A stretch of DNA of 64,000 bases from an uncultured Rikenellaceae bacterium (lineage in GTDB: Bacteria; Bacteroidota; Bacteroidia; Bacteroidales; VadinHA17): positions 44,767 to 108,766 of the forward strand of contig CAYSBL010000003.1 in the NCBI GenBank assembly GCA_964429295.1, in the 5' to 3' direction. The translations under genes and the position numbers were made by a program. Position 1 is the stretch's first letter, and each line of letters begins with the position of its first letter. The notes beneath the pieces are model-generated. The model was not told the origin of the DNA and did not search any database. It saw only the letters and a list, made by a program, of their open reading frames with translations. Shown one piece after another: positions 46,478 through 56,631 of this stretch.

Positions 46478-48583
46478 TTAACTTATATTGCTCCACGACT
46501 GCTTTATGCTGAATAACCTTCCAAGCTCTGATTTCAGCACGAAATTCTCCTCATTTTCAAGCAGTGGATCTTTTGCCAGTATGCCGTCAGCTATATTCCT
46601 GACATGTTCTATTATCTGTCCGTCCTTGCCAAGACTTGCAATCTTAAGGTCAAACGGTATTCCGCTCTGCAGAGTGCCTTCAATGTCTCCCGGCCCCCTG
46701 AGGCGGAGATCTGTTTCGGCTATTTCAAAACCGTCGGATGTCCTTACCATTACCTCAATTCTCGAACCGGCTTCTTTCGAAAGCTTATCTGAAGTCATTA
46801 GCAAACAATAAGACTGATCGCTTCCCCTTCCGACCCTTCCCCTCAGCTGGTGAAGCTGCGAAAGTCCGAACCTTTCTGCGCTTTCTATCACCATGACGGA
46901 GGCATTGGGAATATCGACTCCTACTTCAATCACCGTAGTTGCCACAAGTATGTTTGCATGCCCTTCCTTGAACAGCCTCATTGATGTCTCCTTTTCGGCA
47001 GGTGTCATTCTGCCATGAACAATACTGATGCAGTATTTCGGGGCAGGAAATACTCTCGATATGGTGTCCCAGCCATCCTCAAGGTTTTTATAATCCATCT
47101 TTTCGGATTCCTGGATCAGAGGATATACCACGAAAATCTGTCTTCCTTCATCTATTTGCTTTCTCATGAATCCGAAGACCTTGTTCCTTTCCGAATCTGT
47201 AAAATGCATGGTCTTTACCGGAACCCTTCCCGGCGGCAGTTCATCAATGACCGAGACATCCAGATCGCCGTAAAGTGTCATAGCCAGTGTTCTTGGAATT
47301 GGGGTTGCAGTCATGACAAGAATATGGGGTGGGAAAGAACTCTTCTCCCACAGTCTTGCACGCTGTGCTACGCCAAACCGGTGCTGTTCATCAATGATCA
47401 CGAGACCGAGGTTGTTGAATATGACATTCTCTTCAATCAAGGCATGTGTGCCGATAAGGATCTGAAGGGAGCTGTCCCTGAGCGATTCATCTATATCCTT
47501 TCTCAGGCTCCTTTTTGATGACCCGGTTAGCAGGCTCACTTTCACCCCGATGCCATCCAGCATACTGCGGATCGTGTTATAGTGCTGGCTGGCCAGGATT
47601 TCAGTCGGAGCCATCAGGCAAGCCTGGTATCCGTTATCGATAGCGATAAGCATGCTCATAAGCGCAACCAGCGTTTTGCCGCTTCCGACATCGCCCTGCA
47701 ATAACCTGTTCATCTGCCGGCCTGAACCCAGATCCTTCCTTATCTCCTTCATAACCCTTTTCTGGGCTTCTGTAAGCGAAAAGGGAAGATTATTGTAATA
47801 GAAATTGTTGAAATTTTCCCCGACGTTGGCAAAAACGAAACCCTTGTACTTCCGGGACCGGTTTGTTTTGAATCTCAGCAGGTTGAGTTCGATGTAAAAC
47901 AGCTCCTCGAATTTGAGCCTGTATCTTGCCCTTTCTATTTCAGCGTTTGTTGAGGGGAAATGTATCTTATGAATGGCATCGTGAAGGCTCATCAGGTTGT
48001 GCCCTGTTATAATATAGGATGGGAGGGTTTCGGGTATCCTGTATTTCAGTTGCTTCAGAATCGATCCTGTAAACTTGCTTATGGTTTTCGAAGTGATGAA
48101 CTGGCTCTTGAGCTTCTCAGTGGTGTTATACTGCGCCTGCAAGGCAGATGATATCCTGCCGGATACTTTTTCAGATGCTTCAATCTCCGGATGGATAATA
48201 TTAACTATGCCGTTAAAAACTCCGGGTTTGCCGAAAACGATGTATTCCACTCCGGGGACATAGGTTCCCGTGATCCACTTCGTCCCCTTGAACCAGATCA
48301 GCTTTATTGTGCCTGTCTCATCCTGAAAATCGGCGGCCAGCCGTTTACCTTTTCCTTGTCCTTCAGTATAATAACCTTTGATAAATCCCTTTACCTGCAC
48401 CAGAGGCATGTCGGGTTCAAGCTCTGCGATGGTATAAAACCTTGTTCTGTCGATATACTTGTAAGGGAAATGATACAGGAGATCCCTGAAGGTCTGAATG
48501 CCGAGTTCCTGGCTTAGCAACCCGGCCCTCTTTGGCCCCACACCCTGAAGATAGGTTATGTTGGTTTCGAGAAAATCCTGCAT
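46478..48583 (-). CDS. recG: ATP-dependent DNA helicase RecG
   Basis: 701 aa. It has a wedge domain and SF2 helicase motifs (GDVGSGKT, DEQHRFG, TATPIPRT, QLRGRVGRG). Confidence 0.95.
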   Translation of the reverse strand: MQDFLETNITYLQGVGPKRAGLLSQELGIQTFRDLLYHFPYKYIDRTRFYTIAELEPDMPLVQVKGFIKGYYTEGQGKGKRLAADFQDETGTIKLIWFKGTKWITGTYVPGVEYIVFGKPGVFNGIVNIIHPEIEASEKVSGRISSALQAQYNTTEKLKSQFITSKTISKFTGSILKQLKYRIPETLPSYIITGHNLMSLHDAIHKIHFPSTNAEIERARYRLKFEELFYIELNLLRFKTNRSRKYKGFVFANVGENFNNFYYNNLPFSLTEAQKRVMKEIRKDLGSGRQMNRLLQGDVGSGKTLVALMSMLIAIDNGYQACLMAPTEILASQHYNTIRSMLDGIGVKVSLLTGSSKRSLRKDIDESLRDSSLQILIGTHALIEENVIFNNLGLVIIDEQHRFGVAQRARLWEKSSFPPHILVMTATPIPRTLAMTLYGDLDVSVIDELPPGRVPVKTMHFTDSERNKVFGFMRKQIDEGRQIFVVYPLIQESEKMDYKNLEDGWDTISRVFPAPKYCISIVHGRMTPAEKETSMRLFKEGHANILVATTVIEVGVDIPNASVMVIESAERFGLSQLHQLRGRVGRGSDQSYCLLMTSDKLSKEAGSRIEVMVRTSDGFEIAETDLRLRGPGDIEGTLQSGIPFDLKIASLGKDGQIIEHVRNIADGILAKDPLLENEENFVLKSELGRLFSIKQSWSNIS

Positions 48584-48651
48584 TATAAGCCCGTGGAAAT
48601 TAAAAGATAAATGATACCCGAAAATAATTATTTTTGGTGACCTGTCCTAAC

Positions 48652-49458
48652 ATGAAAATTACCCGGCCTATGGACTTTTTGTGTGTTTCGGAATACCTGA
48701 GGTACAAAGCCTTTGCACATCACCGCCGCGGCCAGGGCATTCACAGTCCGTTCGTGTTCAGCCTTGTTTCGGATGTTTTCCGGAATAAAACCGGCCCTGA
48801 CATTGTCTGTTCTATTGAAAAGATAAGAAAAAGACTGCTCGCAGATACAAGATCATTAAAGGTGACGGATCTGGGTGCAGGTTCAAGAATAATGAAATCA
48901 AGGGTAAGAAAGGTGTCCGATATAGCCAGATATTCATCAGTGCCGCGGAAATACGGAATACTTCTTGCAAGCATGGCATCAGCATTTGGTAGGCCCGGGA
49001 TCCTGGAATTCGGGACCTCTCTTGGGATCAGTACCATGTATATGGCCGCATCCTGCCCTGAAGCTGAGGTAATTACCATGGAAGGATGCCCGTCGGTTTC
49101 TGAGATTGCTGCTGGGAATTTCAGATTATCGGGGTTGAATAATATCAATCTCCTTACCGGTTCATTTGATGAGTTGCTTCCGGAAATCATTCAAAGGGGA
49201 ATATCACCGGGCATGATTTTTATTGACGGGAATCATCGCAGGGAGCCGATAGTGAGATATTTCAGCCAGGTAGCGGAGATTTCCGGACCGGAAAGCGTTG
49301 TAATTATTGACGATATTCATTCTTCAAGAGAGATGACGGAGGCATGGGTTGAAATTAAAAACCATGAAAAAGTTACCCTGTCAGTGGATGTTTTCAGGAT
49401 GGGGATGGTCTTTTTCAGGAAGGGACTGACACGTTATGATTACATTATCAGGTATTAA
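48652..49458 (+). CDS. Class I SAM-dependent methyltransferase (O-methyltransferase family 3-like)
   Basis: The first ATG is at 48652, and the track ORF starts at a TTG at 48634. The SAM-binding motif ILEFGTSLGIST and FIDGNH are present. Confidence 0.7.
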   Translation: MKITRPMDFLCVSEYLRYKAFAHHRRGQGIHSPFVFSLVSDVFRNKTGPDIVCSIEKIRKRLLADTRSLKVTDLGAGSRIMKSRVRKVSDIARYSSVPRKYGILLASMASAFGRPGILEFGTSLGISTMYMAASCPEAEVITMEGCPSVSEIAAGNFRLSGLNNINLLTGSFDELLPEIIQRGISPGMIFIDGNHRREPIVRYFSQVAEISGPESVVIIDDIHSSREMTEAWVEIKNHEKVTLSVDVFRMGMVFFRKGLTRYDYIIRY

Positions 49459-49531
49459 CAAAAATTAAGTTTTAATAATTTCTTATTTAATATAATTAGT
49501 CTAATTTCGAAACTTCAAATCAAGGTGCACT

Positions 49532-50236
49532 ATGGATAAAGTAATTGAAATTCATGATATTGTTAAGAACTATCAGGTGGGATCAGTAATCGTGAGAGCT
49601 CTGAGATCGGTTTCAGTAAACATCAACAGGAATGAATATGTTGCCATAATGGGACCTTCCGGCTCCGGCAAATCGACACTTATGAACCTGCTCGGCTGTC
49701 TCGATACTCCTACAAGCGGCAATTACATCCTTAATGGTACCGATGTGAGCAAGATGGAGGATGATTACCTGGCTGAGATAAGAAACAAGGAGATAGGATT
49801 TGTTTTCCAGACTTTTAACCTTCTGCCGCGATATACCGCCCTTGAAAATGTTACCCTTCCTCTTATTTACGCCGGGGTCCCCAAGGCCGACAGGGAAAAG
49901 GTGGCAGTGGAGACCCTGAACCAGGTGGGTCTGGGCGACAGGATGACCCACAAGCCTAATGAATTGTCGGGCGGACAGCGTCAGCGCGTTGCCATTGCAA
50001 GGGCACTGGTCAACAAGCCTTCCATTATACTTGCTGATGAACCCACCGGGAACCTCGACAGCAAGACATCAATCGATATTATGGGTTTGCTTGATGCAAT
50101 ACACAAGGCAGGCAACACGGTTATTGTTGTTACTCACGAAGAAGATATAGCACGACACGCTGAAAGAATAATAAGGCTGTTCGACGGCGAGATCGCTTCT
50201 GATGTTCAGAATTCAGAACGCGTAAAATATTCATAA
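49532..50236 (+). CDS. ABC transporter ATP-binding protein (MacB/LolD-type)
   Basis: 234 aa. It has Walker [10 protein letters not shown], the signature LSGGQRQR and Walker B ILADEPT. No permease gene is adjacent. Confidence 0.85.
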   Translation: MDKVIEIHDIVKNYQVGSVIVRALRSVSVNINRNEYVAIMGPSGSGKSTLMNLLGCLDTPTSGNYILNGTDVSKMEDDYLAEIRNKEIGFVFQTFNLLPRYTALENVTLPLIYAGVPKADREKVAVETLNQVGLGDRMTHKPNELSGGQRQRVAIARALVNKPSIILADEPTGNLDSKTSIDIMGLLDAIHKAGNTVIVVTHEEDIARHAERIIRLFDGEIASDVQNSERVKYS

Positions 50237-50253
50237 ATCAATCCAATTTGCCT

Positions 50254-50799
50254 ATGAAGATCTATACCCGGTCAGGGGATGATGGTAACACTTCATTGGC
50301 GGACGGACAACGGGTCCCGAAATATCATCCCAGGATCGAAGCCTGCGGATCAATCGATGAACTGATCTCCTGGATAGGCCTTCTCAGGGGGATCCGTGAA
50401 AATGAAAGCAGGATCCAAACCCTTTTGCTTGTGCAGGATGTCCTGATGCAATTCACAGCCATTTTGTCGAACCCCGATAGCAGCAAGCCGGAATCAGATG
50501 ATTATCTCCCTGCACGGGAGGGAATCCTTATCCTTGAAAATGAAATAGATTCAATGGAAAACAGGCTTCCTCCGCTCAATCATTTCATTCTGCCCGGAGG
50601 CAATATAATTGTTTCTTACTGCCATATCGCCAGGTGCGTTTGCCGCAGGGCGGAAAGATCTGTTTTTTTTCTCGGCAATACCGTAAAAATTCCGCCGTCA
50701 GTCAGCAAATTCCTTAACCGTCTCTCGGATTATTTGTTCATTTTAGCCCGAACATTAAGCATTGATGTTGATAATAAAGAAGTTGAGTGGCGAATGTAA
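50254..50799 (+). CDS. PduO-type ATP:cob(I)alamin adenosyltransferase
   Basis: The ATG at 50254 gives MKIYTRSGDDGNTSL, the family-typical N-terminus. FILPGG and RAERS motifs are present. Confidence 0.85.
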   Translation: MKIYTRSGDDGNTSLADGQRVPKYHPRIEACGSIDELISWIGLLRGIRENESRIQTLLLVQDVLMQFTAILSNPDSSKPESDDYLPAREGILILENEIDSMENRLPPLNHFILPGGNIIVSYCHIARCVCRRAERSVFFLGNTVKIPPSVSKFLNRLSDYLFILARTLSIDVDNKEVEWRM

Positions 50800-50849
50800 G
50801 AGCCTCAAAAACTTCATTTCCCCTATTGTTTATTCAATAAATTAATATA

Positions 50850-50857
50850 TATATTTG
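50850..50857 (+). promoter_or_regulatory. Candidate TAnnTTTG promoter box for the DUF2795 gene
   Basis: TATATTTG lies 35 nt upstream of the ATG at 50892, in an AT-rich spacer. Confidence 0.35.
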
Positions 50858-50891
50858 CAAACTTTTTTAAAACATAATCTAATCACAAAAC

Positions 50892-51113
50892 ATGTACTGG
50901 ACACTTGAATTAGCATCAAAACTCGAAGATGCTCCTTGGCCTGCCACAAAAGATGAGCTGATTGATTTCGCCATAAGGTCAGGTGCCCCGATGGAGGTAA
51001 TTGAGAACTTACAGGAAATTGAGGATGAGGGAGATATCTATGAGAGCATTGAAGATATCTGGCCCGATTATCCAAGCAAGGATGATTTCTTCTTCAACGA
51101 AGATGAATATTGA
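50892..51113 (+). CDS. DUF2795 domain protein
   Basis: 73 aa. The pattern LEDAPWPATKDELIDFAIRSGAPMEVIENLQEI is typical of DUF2795, and the tail is acidic. Confidence 0.7.
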   Translation: MYWTLELASKLEDAPWPATKDELIDFAIRSGAPMEVIENLQEIEDEGDIYESIEDIWPDYPSKDDFFFNEDEY

Positions 51114-51114
51114 A

Positions 51115-51141
51115 AAAAGGCTGGTTCTGTACCAGCCTTTT
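51115..51141. terminator. Bidirectional rho-independent terminator hairpin
   Basis: AAAAGGCTGGT-tctgt-ACCAGCCTTTT forms an 11-bp stem. It lies between the convergent DUF2795 stop (51113) and the OstA-like stop (51140). A/T runs flank it on both sides. Confidence 0.65.
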
Positions 51142-52720
51142 ACTTTTTAAATATGTCCTCCCTTTTTTTAGGCCTTAACTGATCCTGCCATGTAAATCCC
51201 TCTAGTCTGAGTAAGACCGGATCAACCTCCGATGGAGGATCAATGACACCTTCCGGATTCTGGTACTCAAATATCTCTGCAATCTTGCCATCCTCCACCA
51301 GGATCTCTATCCTGGCACATTTTGCCTGATTGACTCCTGCAACTGCATCACCATCAAGTAAATAATATATGGTCTCGCCGTTACCTTCAACATTGATTTT
51401 GTAAAGTTCATTGTCCCTGAAATATCCTGTTAGAGATCTTCCTTTTACCTGGTTGAACCGTGTATCATCAACCTGACTTGTTACAAAAGCAGAGGTGTAT
51501 AACTCAAGCCTGTCGGCTTTCCTGTTTTTTGTAAATATGGCAATGGAATCGGACACAAGCTGGTTTTCTTCTGACCAGAGTACAGGCAACGTGTAAAGCC
51601 TGATCACGGAATCACGGAATGAGTAGGAGAGGGAGTCGCATTTCGCCTGCAGTTCCTTGCTGTATATCCTGCAGCCATGATAAGCCCTCATCAGCCTGTA
51701 GTCCTTCATTGCCGAATCGGACCTGGTGATGGCGCTTATTGTGTCGGCATGAAGGAAAAGGGAGTCCTTATCCGAAACCTGGATGAAAACAGCTCTCTTC
51801 GTTACCATAAACCTTTCCGGTTCTTCATAATACCAGGCATAATCGCCCTGCACTATTACATTATTGGTTGTGTCGGTAATACTGGTATTATTAAAAGCAA
51901 GGCCATATCCGTTCAGGTCATCATAAAAAAGGGAGTCTCCCCTGATAACCTGCTTCCTGTTGTCGATGACAGCATTATTCCATATCCGTGAAATATCGTT
52001 TTTCGTGTCGTACCATCCCTTTTCACAATAAAGGTATATGCTGTCCCCCTCCATTTCGGAAGGACCGGTGAAAAAAGCCGTTTCAGTCTGGGTGTTGTAA
52101 TCCATTGTGTCGGCTTTCATCACATAATCAGGATTGACAATATTGACGCTGTCCTTGAAATGGAAAAGATTCTGCGCAACGTAATAGATTCCAATGATGC
52201 TCGTAAGCGTGTTCTCTCCGTTTGTTATCCTTCCTCCCGTGTTGTACCGGGCAATATCGTTGGCGACATCGTATTCCACCGCCTGTGTGAATAGATGAGT
52301 CTCCTTGTCTATCATCTCCACATTCCCGTGAACCGATGCCTGCCGCGTCATTCCGTCGTAGAAGAGGCTGTCGCCATGGAGGTGCAGGGTATCTCCCTGG
52401 TACATGTGAATCCTGCTGAAAGCCTTTACCTGGTTCAGCCCAGGGTAAAACCAGGCACTGTCGCAGGTCATAAAAACATCCTCCTGTTTCAGGCTGACAT
52501 TCCGAAGAAGCCTGGTAACCCTTCTTCCCGTAGATTTCTCGATTTCATCAATTCCCTCATCTGCATTGAGAACCTCTATCATTTTCTTCCCTGGCTTCTG
52601 TTCCTTTGGCAGATCCTGGCTGAAGAATGACTGGGAAATGAGGATTATAACCGCCAGAAGTAGTACCTTTCTGAACAAAACTGAATAAGGTAATGATTTT
52701 ATAGCTGTTATCTCAGCCAT
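51140..52720 (-). CDS. OstA-like (LptD N-terminal-like) periplasmic protein
   Basis: 526 aa with a signal anchor. It is rich in repeated beta structure and has OstA-like repeats. It sits in the position conserved in Bacteroidota, downstream of the SurA-like genes. Confidence 0.65.
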   Translation of the reverse strand: MAEITAIKSLPYSVLFRKVLLLAVIILISQSFFSQDLPKEQKPGKKMIEVLNADEGIDEIEKSTGRRVTRLLRNVSLKQEDVFMTCDSAWFYPGLNQVKAFSRIHMYQGDTLHLHGDSLFYDGMTRQASVHGNVEMIDKETHLFTQAVEYDVANDIARYNTGGRITNGENTLTSIIGIYYVAQNLFHFKDSVNIVNPDYVMKADTMDYNTQTETAFFTGPSEMEGDSIYLYCEKGWYDTKNDISRIWNNAVIDNRKQVIRGDSLFYDDLNGYGLAFNNTSITDTTNNVIVQGDYAWYYEEPERFMVTKRAVFIQVSDKDSLFLHADTISAITRSDSAMKDYRLMRAYHGCRIYSKELQAKCDSLSYSFRDSVIRLYTLPVLWSEENQLVSDSIAIFTKNRKADRLELYTSAFVTSQVDDTRFNQVKGRSLTGYFRDNELYKINVEGNGETIYYLLDGDAVAGVNQAKCARIEILVEDGKIAEIFEYQNPEGVIDPPSEVDPVLLRLEGFTWQDQLRPKKREDIFKK

Positions 52721-54060
52721 CCCGATTCAAGGAATTTGCACGATTTGAATTCGTCACTGATCTTGATGTAGGTGGTCTCAATTTTTTCGGTAATCCACTT
52801 CTGGTATGACGCCTGCCTTTCTTTCATCAGGGTTGCGTTATAGAAGAACTGGTAATCATCCTTTAGGTTGGCCCGGTGCGCCGGGATCTCGTTGTCAAGT
52901 TTTACTACCCTGAATACAATATTCCCTATTTCATCAGTGGTCTGAAAGGGCTCTGAAATCTCACCTACCTTAAGATCCCTGACTCTTATGTACATATCCC
53001 TGTCCAGCTCATCAAGCGAGAACCAGTTAATTCTCTCTGATGGATTCGGGCTGACCAGTATTCCTCCGTTGATCCTGCTGTCGAGATGGGTCGAGTATCT
53101 CATGGCTGCTTCTTCAAATTTCAGACTGTCCTTCCGGATGAGCCTTGCAAGGCTGTCGAGCCTGGCAAGAGCTTCCTCTGCGTCGCCGGGCTGTACCTTG
53201 GGTCTTATAAGAATATGCCTTGTATTCAGAAGCTCTCCCTTTTTGTCAATAATCTGAATAATGTGAAAGCCGTATTTCGTTTCCACAATCCTGGATACTG
53301 TATTTGGTGCCAGGCTCCACGCAGCATCCGCATAAGGCTTTTCAAGTTCTCCCTTAAGCTTGTAACCAACCTCACCGCCATTGATATAGGAGCCGTCCTC
53401 CGAATTCTGAATGGCAAGCACAGAGAAACTCTTGCCGGCTAGGATCTGGCTTCTGATATCCAGAAGCTTCTGACGGGCTTCAGCCTTGTTTTCTTCATTT
53501 CTCGGGGGATCGAGCTGTATCAGGCTAATCTGAACCCTGGCCGGGATAACGGGAAGTGAGTCCCTCGGAATTGTATTGAAGTACCTCCTGACATCGTTTG
53601 GAGTTATCTTCATATCCGAAGTAATGGTAGCCTGCACTTCCGATATAGTCTGGCTTTCAACTAGAGCTTTCCTGATGTCCCGCCTGATCTCCACCATGCT
53701 CTTGTTGAAGTATTTCTCGAGAGCCTCTTCGCTTCCTGCCTGCCTTATCGTTTCGTTGATCTGCATGTTCAGATCAGCCTCAACCATATCGTCGGTCACG
53801 ATTATACTGTCAATCCTGGCCTGGTCCACGAACAACTTGGCAATGAGCAGTTCCTGGAACGTGTTGCAGCGGAGATCTTCCAGCCGTGTCCTTGGATTGT
53901 TTCTTCTTGCATCAAGGACACTGTTCTCAACATCCGAAAGGTAAATCACTTCATTCCCGACAATCGCGGCAACTGACTCCACAAGCGTTTGTGCATTTGA
54001 TGAAAGAACACAAAACATCAACCCTGCAACCACTGTTAAACCTTTTCTTTTTCTTCTCAT
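52708..54060 (-). CDS. SurA-like peptidyl-prolyl isomerase (parvulin domain)
   Basis: 450 aa with a signal peptide and a SurA N-terminal chaperone region. One parvulin domain is present (KYGFHIIQIID). Confidence 0.8.
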   Translation of the reverse strand: MRRKRKGLTVVAGLMFCVLSSNAQTLVESVAAIVGNEVIYLSDVENSVLDARRNNPRTRLEDLRCNTFQELLIAKLFVDQARIDSIIVTDDMVEADLNMQINETIRQAGSEEALEKYFNKSMVEIRRDIRKALVESQTISEVQATITSDMKITPNDVRRYFNTIPRDSLPVIPARVQISLIQLDPPRNEENKAEARQKLLDIRSQILAGKSFSVLAIQNSEDGSYINGGEVGYKLKGELEKPYADAAWSLAPNTVSRIVETKYGFHIIQIIDKKGELLNTRHILIRPKVQPGDAEEALARLDSLARLIRKDSLKFEEAAMRYSTHLDSRINGGILVSPNPSERINWFSLDELDRDMYIRVRDLKVGEISEPFQTTDEIGNIVFRVVKLDNEIPAHRANLKDDYQFFYNATLMKERQASYQKWITEKIETTYIKISDEFKSCKFLESGWLR

Positions 54061-54064
54061 ATTA

Positions 54065-54913
54065 TCAGAAAATCTTAAAACTATTTTGCTTCAATCCTTC
54101 ATTATAAATTCCATTCTCAAGTTCCCGGAGAAACTCAATCCGGCGGTTGTTCCATATCATCCGGCGTATGTCTTCCATGACGTACTCAAAAGGGGCAAGT
54201 GTTTCCCTGAGCCTGAAATCGTTAATGGCAACGAGACATACTGATGACGAATCCCTTGTCTCGTGGAATTTTGTCCATCTAAGGAAATTCTCCTGGTTTG
54301 GCACCTCTTCCTTCATCTCAATGGATAGCTTGTCCATGGTGATCCATTTCTCGTCGAAATCATCATACCTCTCGGCAAACTGGTAGCACAGGCTTTCAAG
54401 TTCCTGAACATCTTCCGGTCTGTCAGACCTTATCAGCGATCTGAATTTCCACATATTGGGCGTTTCGACCGGAAGCTTAATGAACAGAGCCTTTACGATG
54501 TTCGATGTCAGGATAAAACTCTCATTGTTAGCAGAATAATAGCTCTCCATCTCTTCGCGGGAGATGATTGTGTCCATTTTTTGTACCATCATCATGCTCT
54601 GGTATTCATGTATAACCAGATTTCTCCTTGTCTCAGCAATCTGATAGTCAATCTCATTCATCTGTTCGGGAGAGAGATTAGCTGCAGCCTGCAGGAAAAG
54701 CAGTTCCCTTCTTGCCCACTTGTTGATGTAGTTCTGAACGTAGGCTGCACTGTCAGCAGGATTTGACTCACTCAAACCGTTCATCGGTATTTCATCCAGG
54801 AACAGAACCCTGTCACCGGCTTTGGCGACAGCTACACGCCCGGGTTGGTTTTTGGTGCCATTGCAGCCATATACTGCAAGCGCAATCAAGAAAATGTGAA
54901 TTATTCTATTCAT
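54065..54913 (-). CDS. Lipoprotein, SurA-N-like chaperone without PPIase domain (hypothetical)
   Basis: 282 aa with a lipobox (LIALAVYGC). It is helical and charged and has no parvulin motif. It is sandwiched between two PPIase genes and overlaps the upstream gene by 8 nt. Confidence 0.5.
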   Translation of the reverse strand: MNRIIHIFLIALAVYGCNGTKNQPGRVAVAKAGDRVLFLDEIPMNGLSESNPADSAAYVQNYINKWARRELLFLQAAANLSPEQMNEIDYQIAETRRNLVIHEYQSMMMVQKMDTIISREEMESYYSANNESFILTSNIVKALFIKLPVETPNMWKFRSLIRSDRPEDVQELESLCYQFAERYDDFDEKWITMDKLSIEMKEEVPNQENFLRWTKFHETRDSSSVCLVAINDFRLRETLAPFEYVMEDIRRMIWNNRRIEFLRELENGIYNEGLKQNSFKIF

Positions 54914-56612
54914 TGGCCAGTCTCTTTATGACTTCTTCAAAAACCTTTTCGTTGATCCTTACGTCGTATCTCTTCTTTAACTCCGCGATCCATTCCTCAT
55001 TAAGCCAGTCCTGGTAACTCGAAATCACATCTGCCTGCACTTCACTGAAGGGAAGGGGAGAAGACCCGATACTTCTTTCAGACATAAACTTGTCCTTGTT
55101 CTTTTCATAGTGAAGCATCAAACCGGAAGTGTCTGTCTGAGCCCTGTTCCATACTTTATCCGAAGATATTTCAAACAGCAGAATACCGTCATGAAACTCT
55201 TTCATGAGATATTTAAAGTCGGGATGCTTCTTTTCAAGGATTGAATCCTCATACTTCATTATTTCCCCGGAAGAAATTGTTTCAATAGCCGCATCAATGA
55301 ACTGTACGGCATTGTGCGTCAAAGAATTGCTGAATCCGTTTTCAAGGTATGATGCGAAACCGGCTGCATTCAGACCCTGCCCCGCAAAGGAGTAAATGTT
55401 ACCTTTCGGTATCCTCTTTACGGGATACTTAGCCTTGCCCCTGATTATCAGCGTATCGGTATTCTTTACAAACCAGTTTCTTACAGCAGGATTCACAGTG
55501 AAACCGTATTCATTCCGGAGCCTGTCAATAAACGACCTTTTCCCCATCTCCACCAGCTCAGACTGGTTCAGCCTGCTTTCGAGAAAGGGTTTAGCTTCTT
55601 CCAGGGTCCCTGGCGACTTTTTTTCCAGCAACTTTATTATATGAAATCCGTATGGAGACCTCACCGGCCGTGTATATTCGCCTGTATCCTTAATTGCGAA
55701 GGCTGCTTCCGAAAAATCACTTATTATCTCCCCGGTCCCAAACCAGTTCATTTCACCTCCGTTGACAGCTGACTCCCTGTGATCGGACTTTTCAGAAGCA
55801 AGTTTAGCAAATGATTCTCCATTTCCGAGCCTTTCATACAGCTCATCGATCTCGTTCTGAGCCTTAATGACTGTTTGTTCTTCTGATCCCGGAGGCACCG
55901 ATTTCATGATATGCGCTACCCTGACCTTTCCTCTTGATGGTCTTCGGTCATTCACCTTGATTATATGATAGCCGAAAGGTGTTCTTACCGGTTCTGAGAC
56001 GGTACCTGGTTGAAGACTGTAAACAGCATCCTCAAAAGGAGTGATCATTTGAAATACAGTGAAATAGCCAAGATTTCCGTTGTTTACGTTCACAGATCTG
56101 TCGTCAGATCCCGCTTTTGCCACTTCAGCAAATGGTTCGCCCTCTAGAATCCTGTTCCTTAGAGCGACAGCTTTTTCATAAGCCCTCAGTGTGTCTTCAG
56201 GAGAAGCGTCCGGCTTGCAATTAATAAGGATATGAGATGCGTTGATCTCCTCAAGATATCTTTCATAAGCTTTCCTGAGAACCTTATCCTTTATGTCCGG
56301 TTCGGTCAGCCAGGTCTGGGCCAGCTGCTGCCTGTAACCGTTCAGTTCATCTCTGAAGGCCAGGGTAGTATCATAACCGTGCTCTATCGCATCGGCAACC
56401 TTAAGTTTGAATGCAATGAACTGCTGAAGATACTCGCCGATTTCAACCCTGTAAGCCGGATCGGGGCTCTTGTTGAACATTCTTATGAACTCTCCCGCTT
56501 CAACATCCATTCCCGCCACGGTCATAAGTATCTTTTCATCGGCACTCTGTGAGAAGCCTGCTGAAAGAGACAGAATGAACAGTATGTGAACCAGGATTGT
56601 TTTTTGTCTCAT
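54906..56612 (-). CDS. Peptidyl-prolyl cis-trans isomerase with two parvulin domains
   Basis: 568 aa with a signal peptide. Two parvulin cores are present (TPFGYHIIKVND and SPYGFHIIKLLE). Confidence 0.8.
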   Translation of the reverse strand: MRQKTILVHILFILSLSAGFSQSADEKILMTVAGMDVEAGEFIRMFNKSPDPAYRVEIGEYLQQFIAFKLKVADAIEHGYDTTLAFRDELNGYRQQLAQTWLTEPDIKDKVLRKAYERYLEEINASHILINCKPDASPEDTLRAYEKAVALRNRILEGEPFAEVAKAGSDDRSVNVNNGNLGYFTVFQMITPFEDAVYSLQPGTVSEPVRTPFGYHIIKVNDRRPSRGKVRVAHIMKSVPPGSEEQTVIKAQNEIDELYERLGNGESFAKLASEKSDHRESAVNGGEMNWFGTGEIISDFSEAAFAIKDTGEYTRPVRSPYGFHIIKLLEKKSPGTLEEAKPFLESRLNQSELVEMGKRSFIDRLRNEYGFTVNPAVRNWFVKNTDTLIIRGKAKYPVKRIPKGNIYSFAGQGLNAAGFASYLENGFSNSLTHNAVQFIDAAIETISSGEIMKYEDSILEKKHPDFKYLMKEFHDGILLFEISSDKVWNRAQTDTSGLMLHYEKNKDKFMSERSIGSSPLPFSEVQADVISSYQDWLNEEWIAELKKRYDVRINEKVFEEVIKRLANE

Positions 56613-56631
56613 GGCATTGAGAAGAGATCCT

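Noticed and set aside
49532-50236. Stand-alone MacB/LolD-type ABC ATPase flanked by a methyltransferase and an adenosyltransferase, considered as a possible novel module
   Set aside because: The three genes have ordinary housekeeping signatures and gaps without overlaps. Bacteroidota commonly encode the LolD/MacB-type ATPase apart from its permeases. Nothing in the sequence ties them together functionally.
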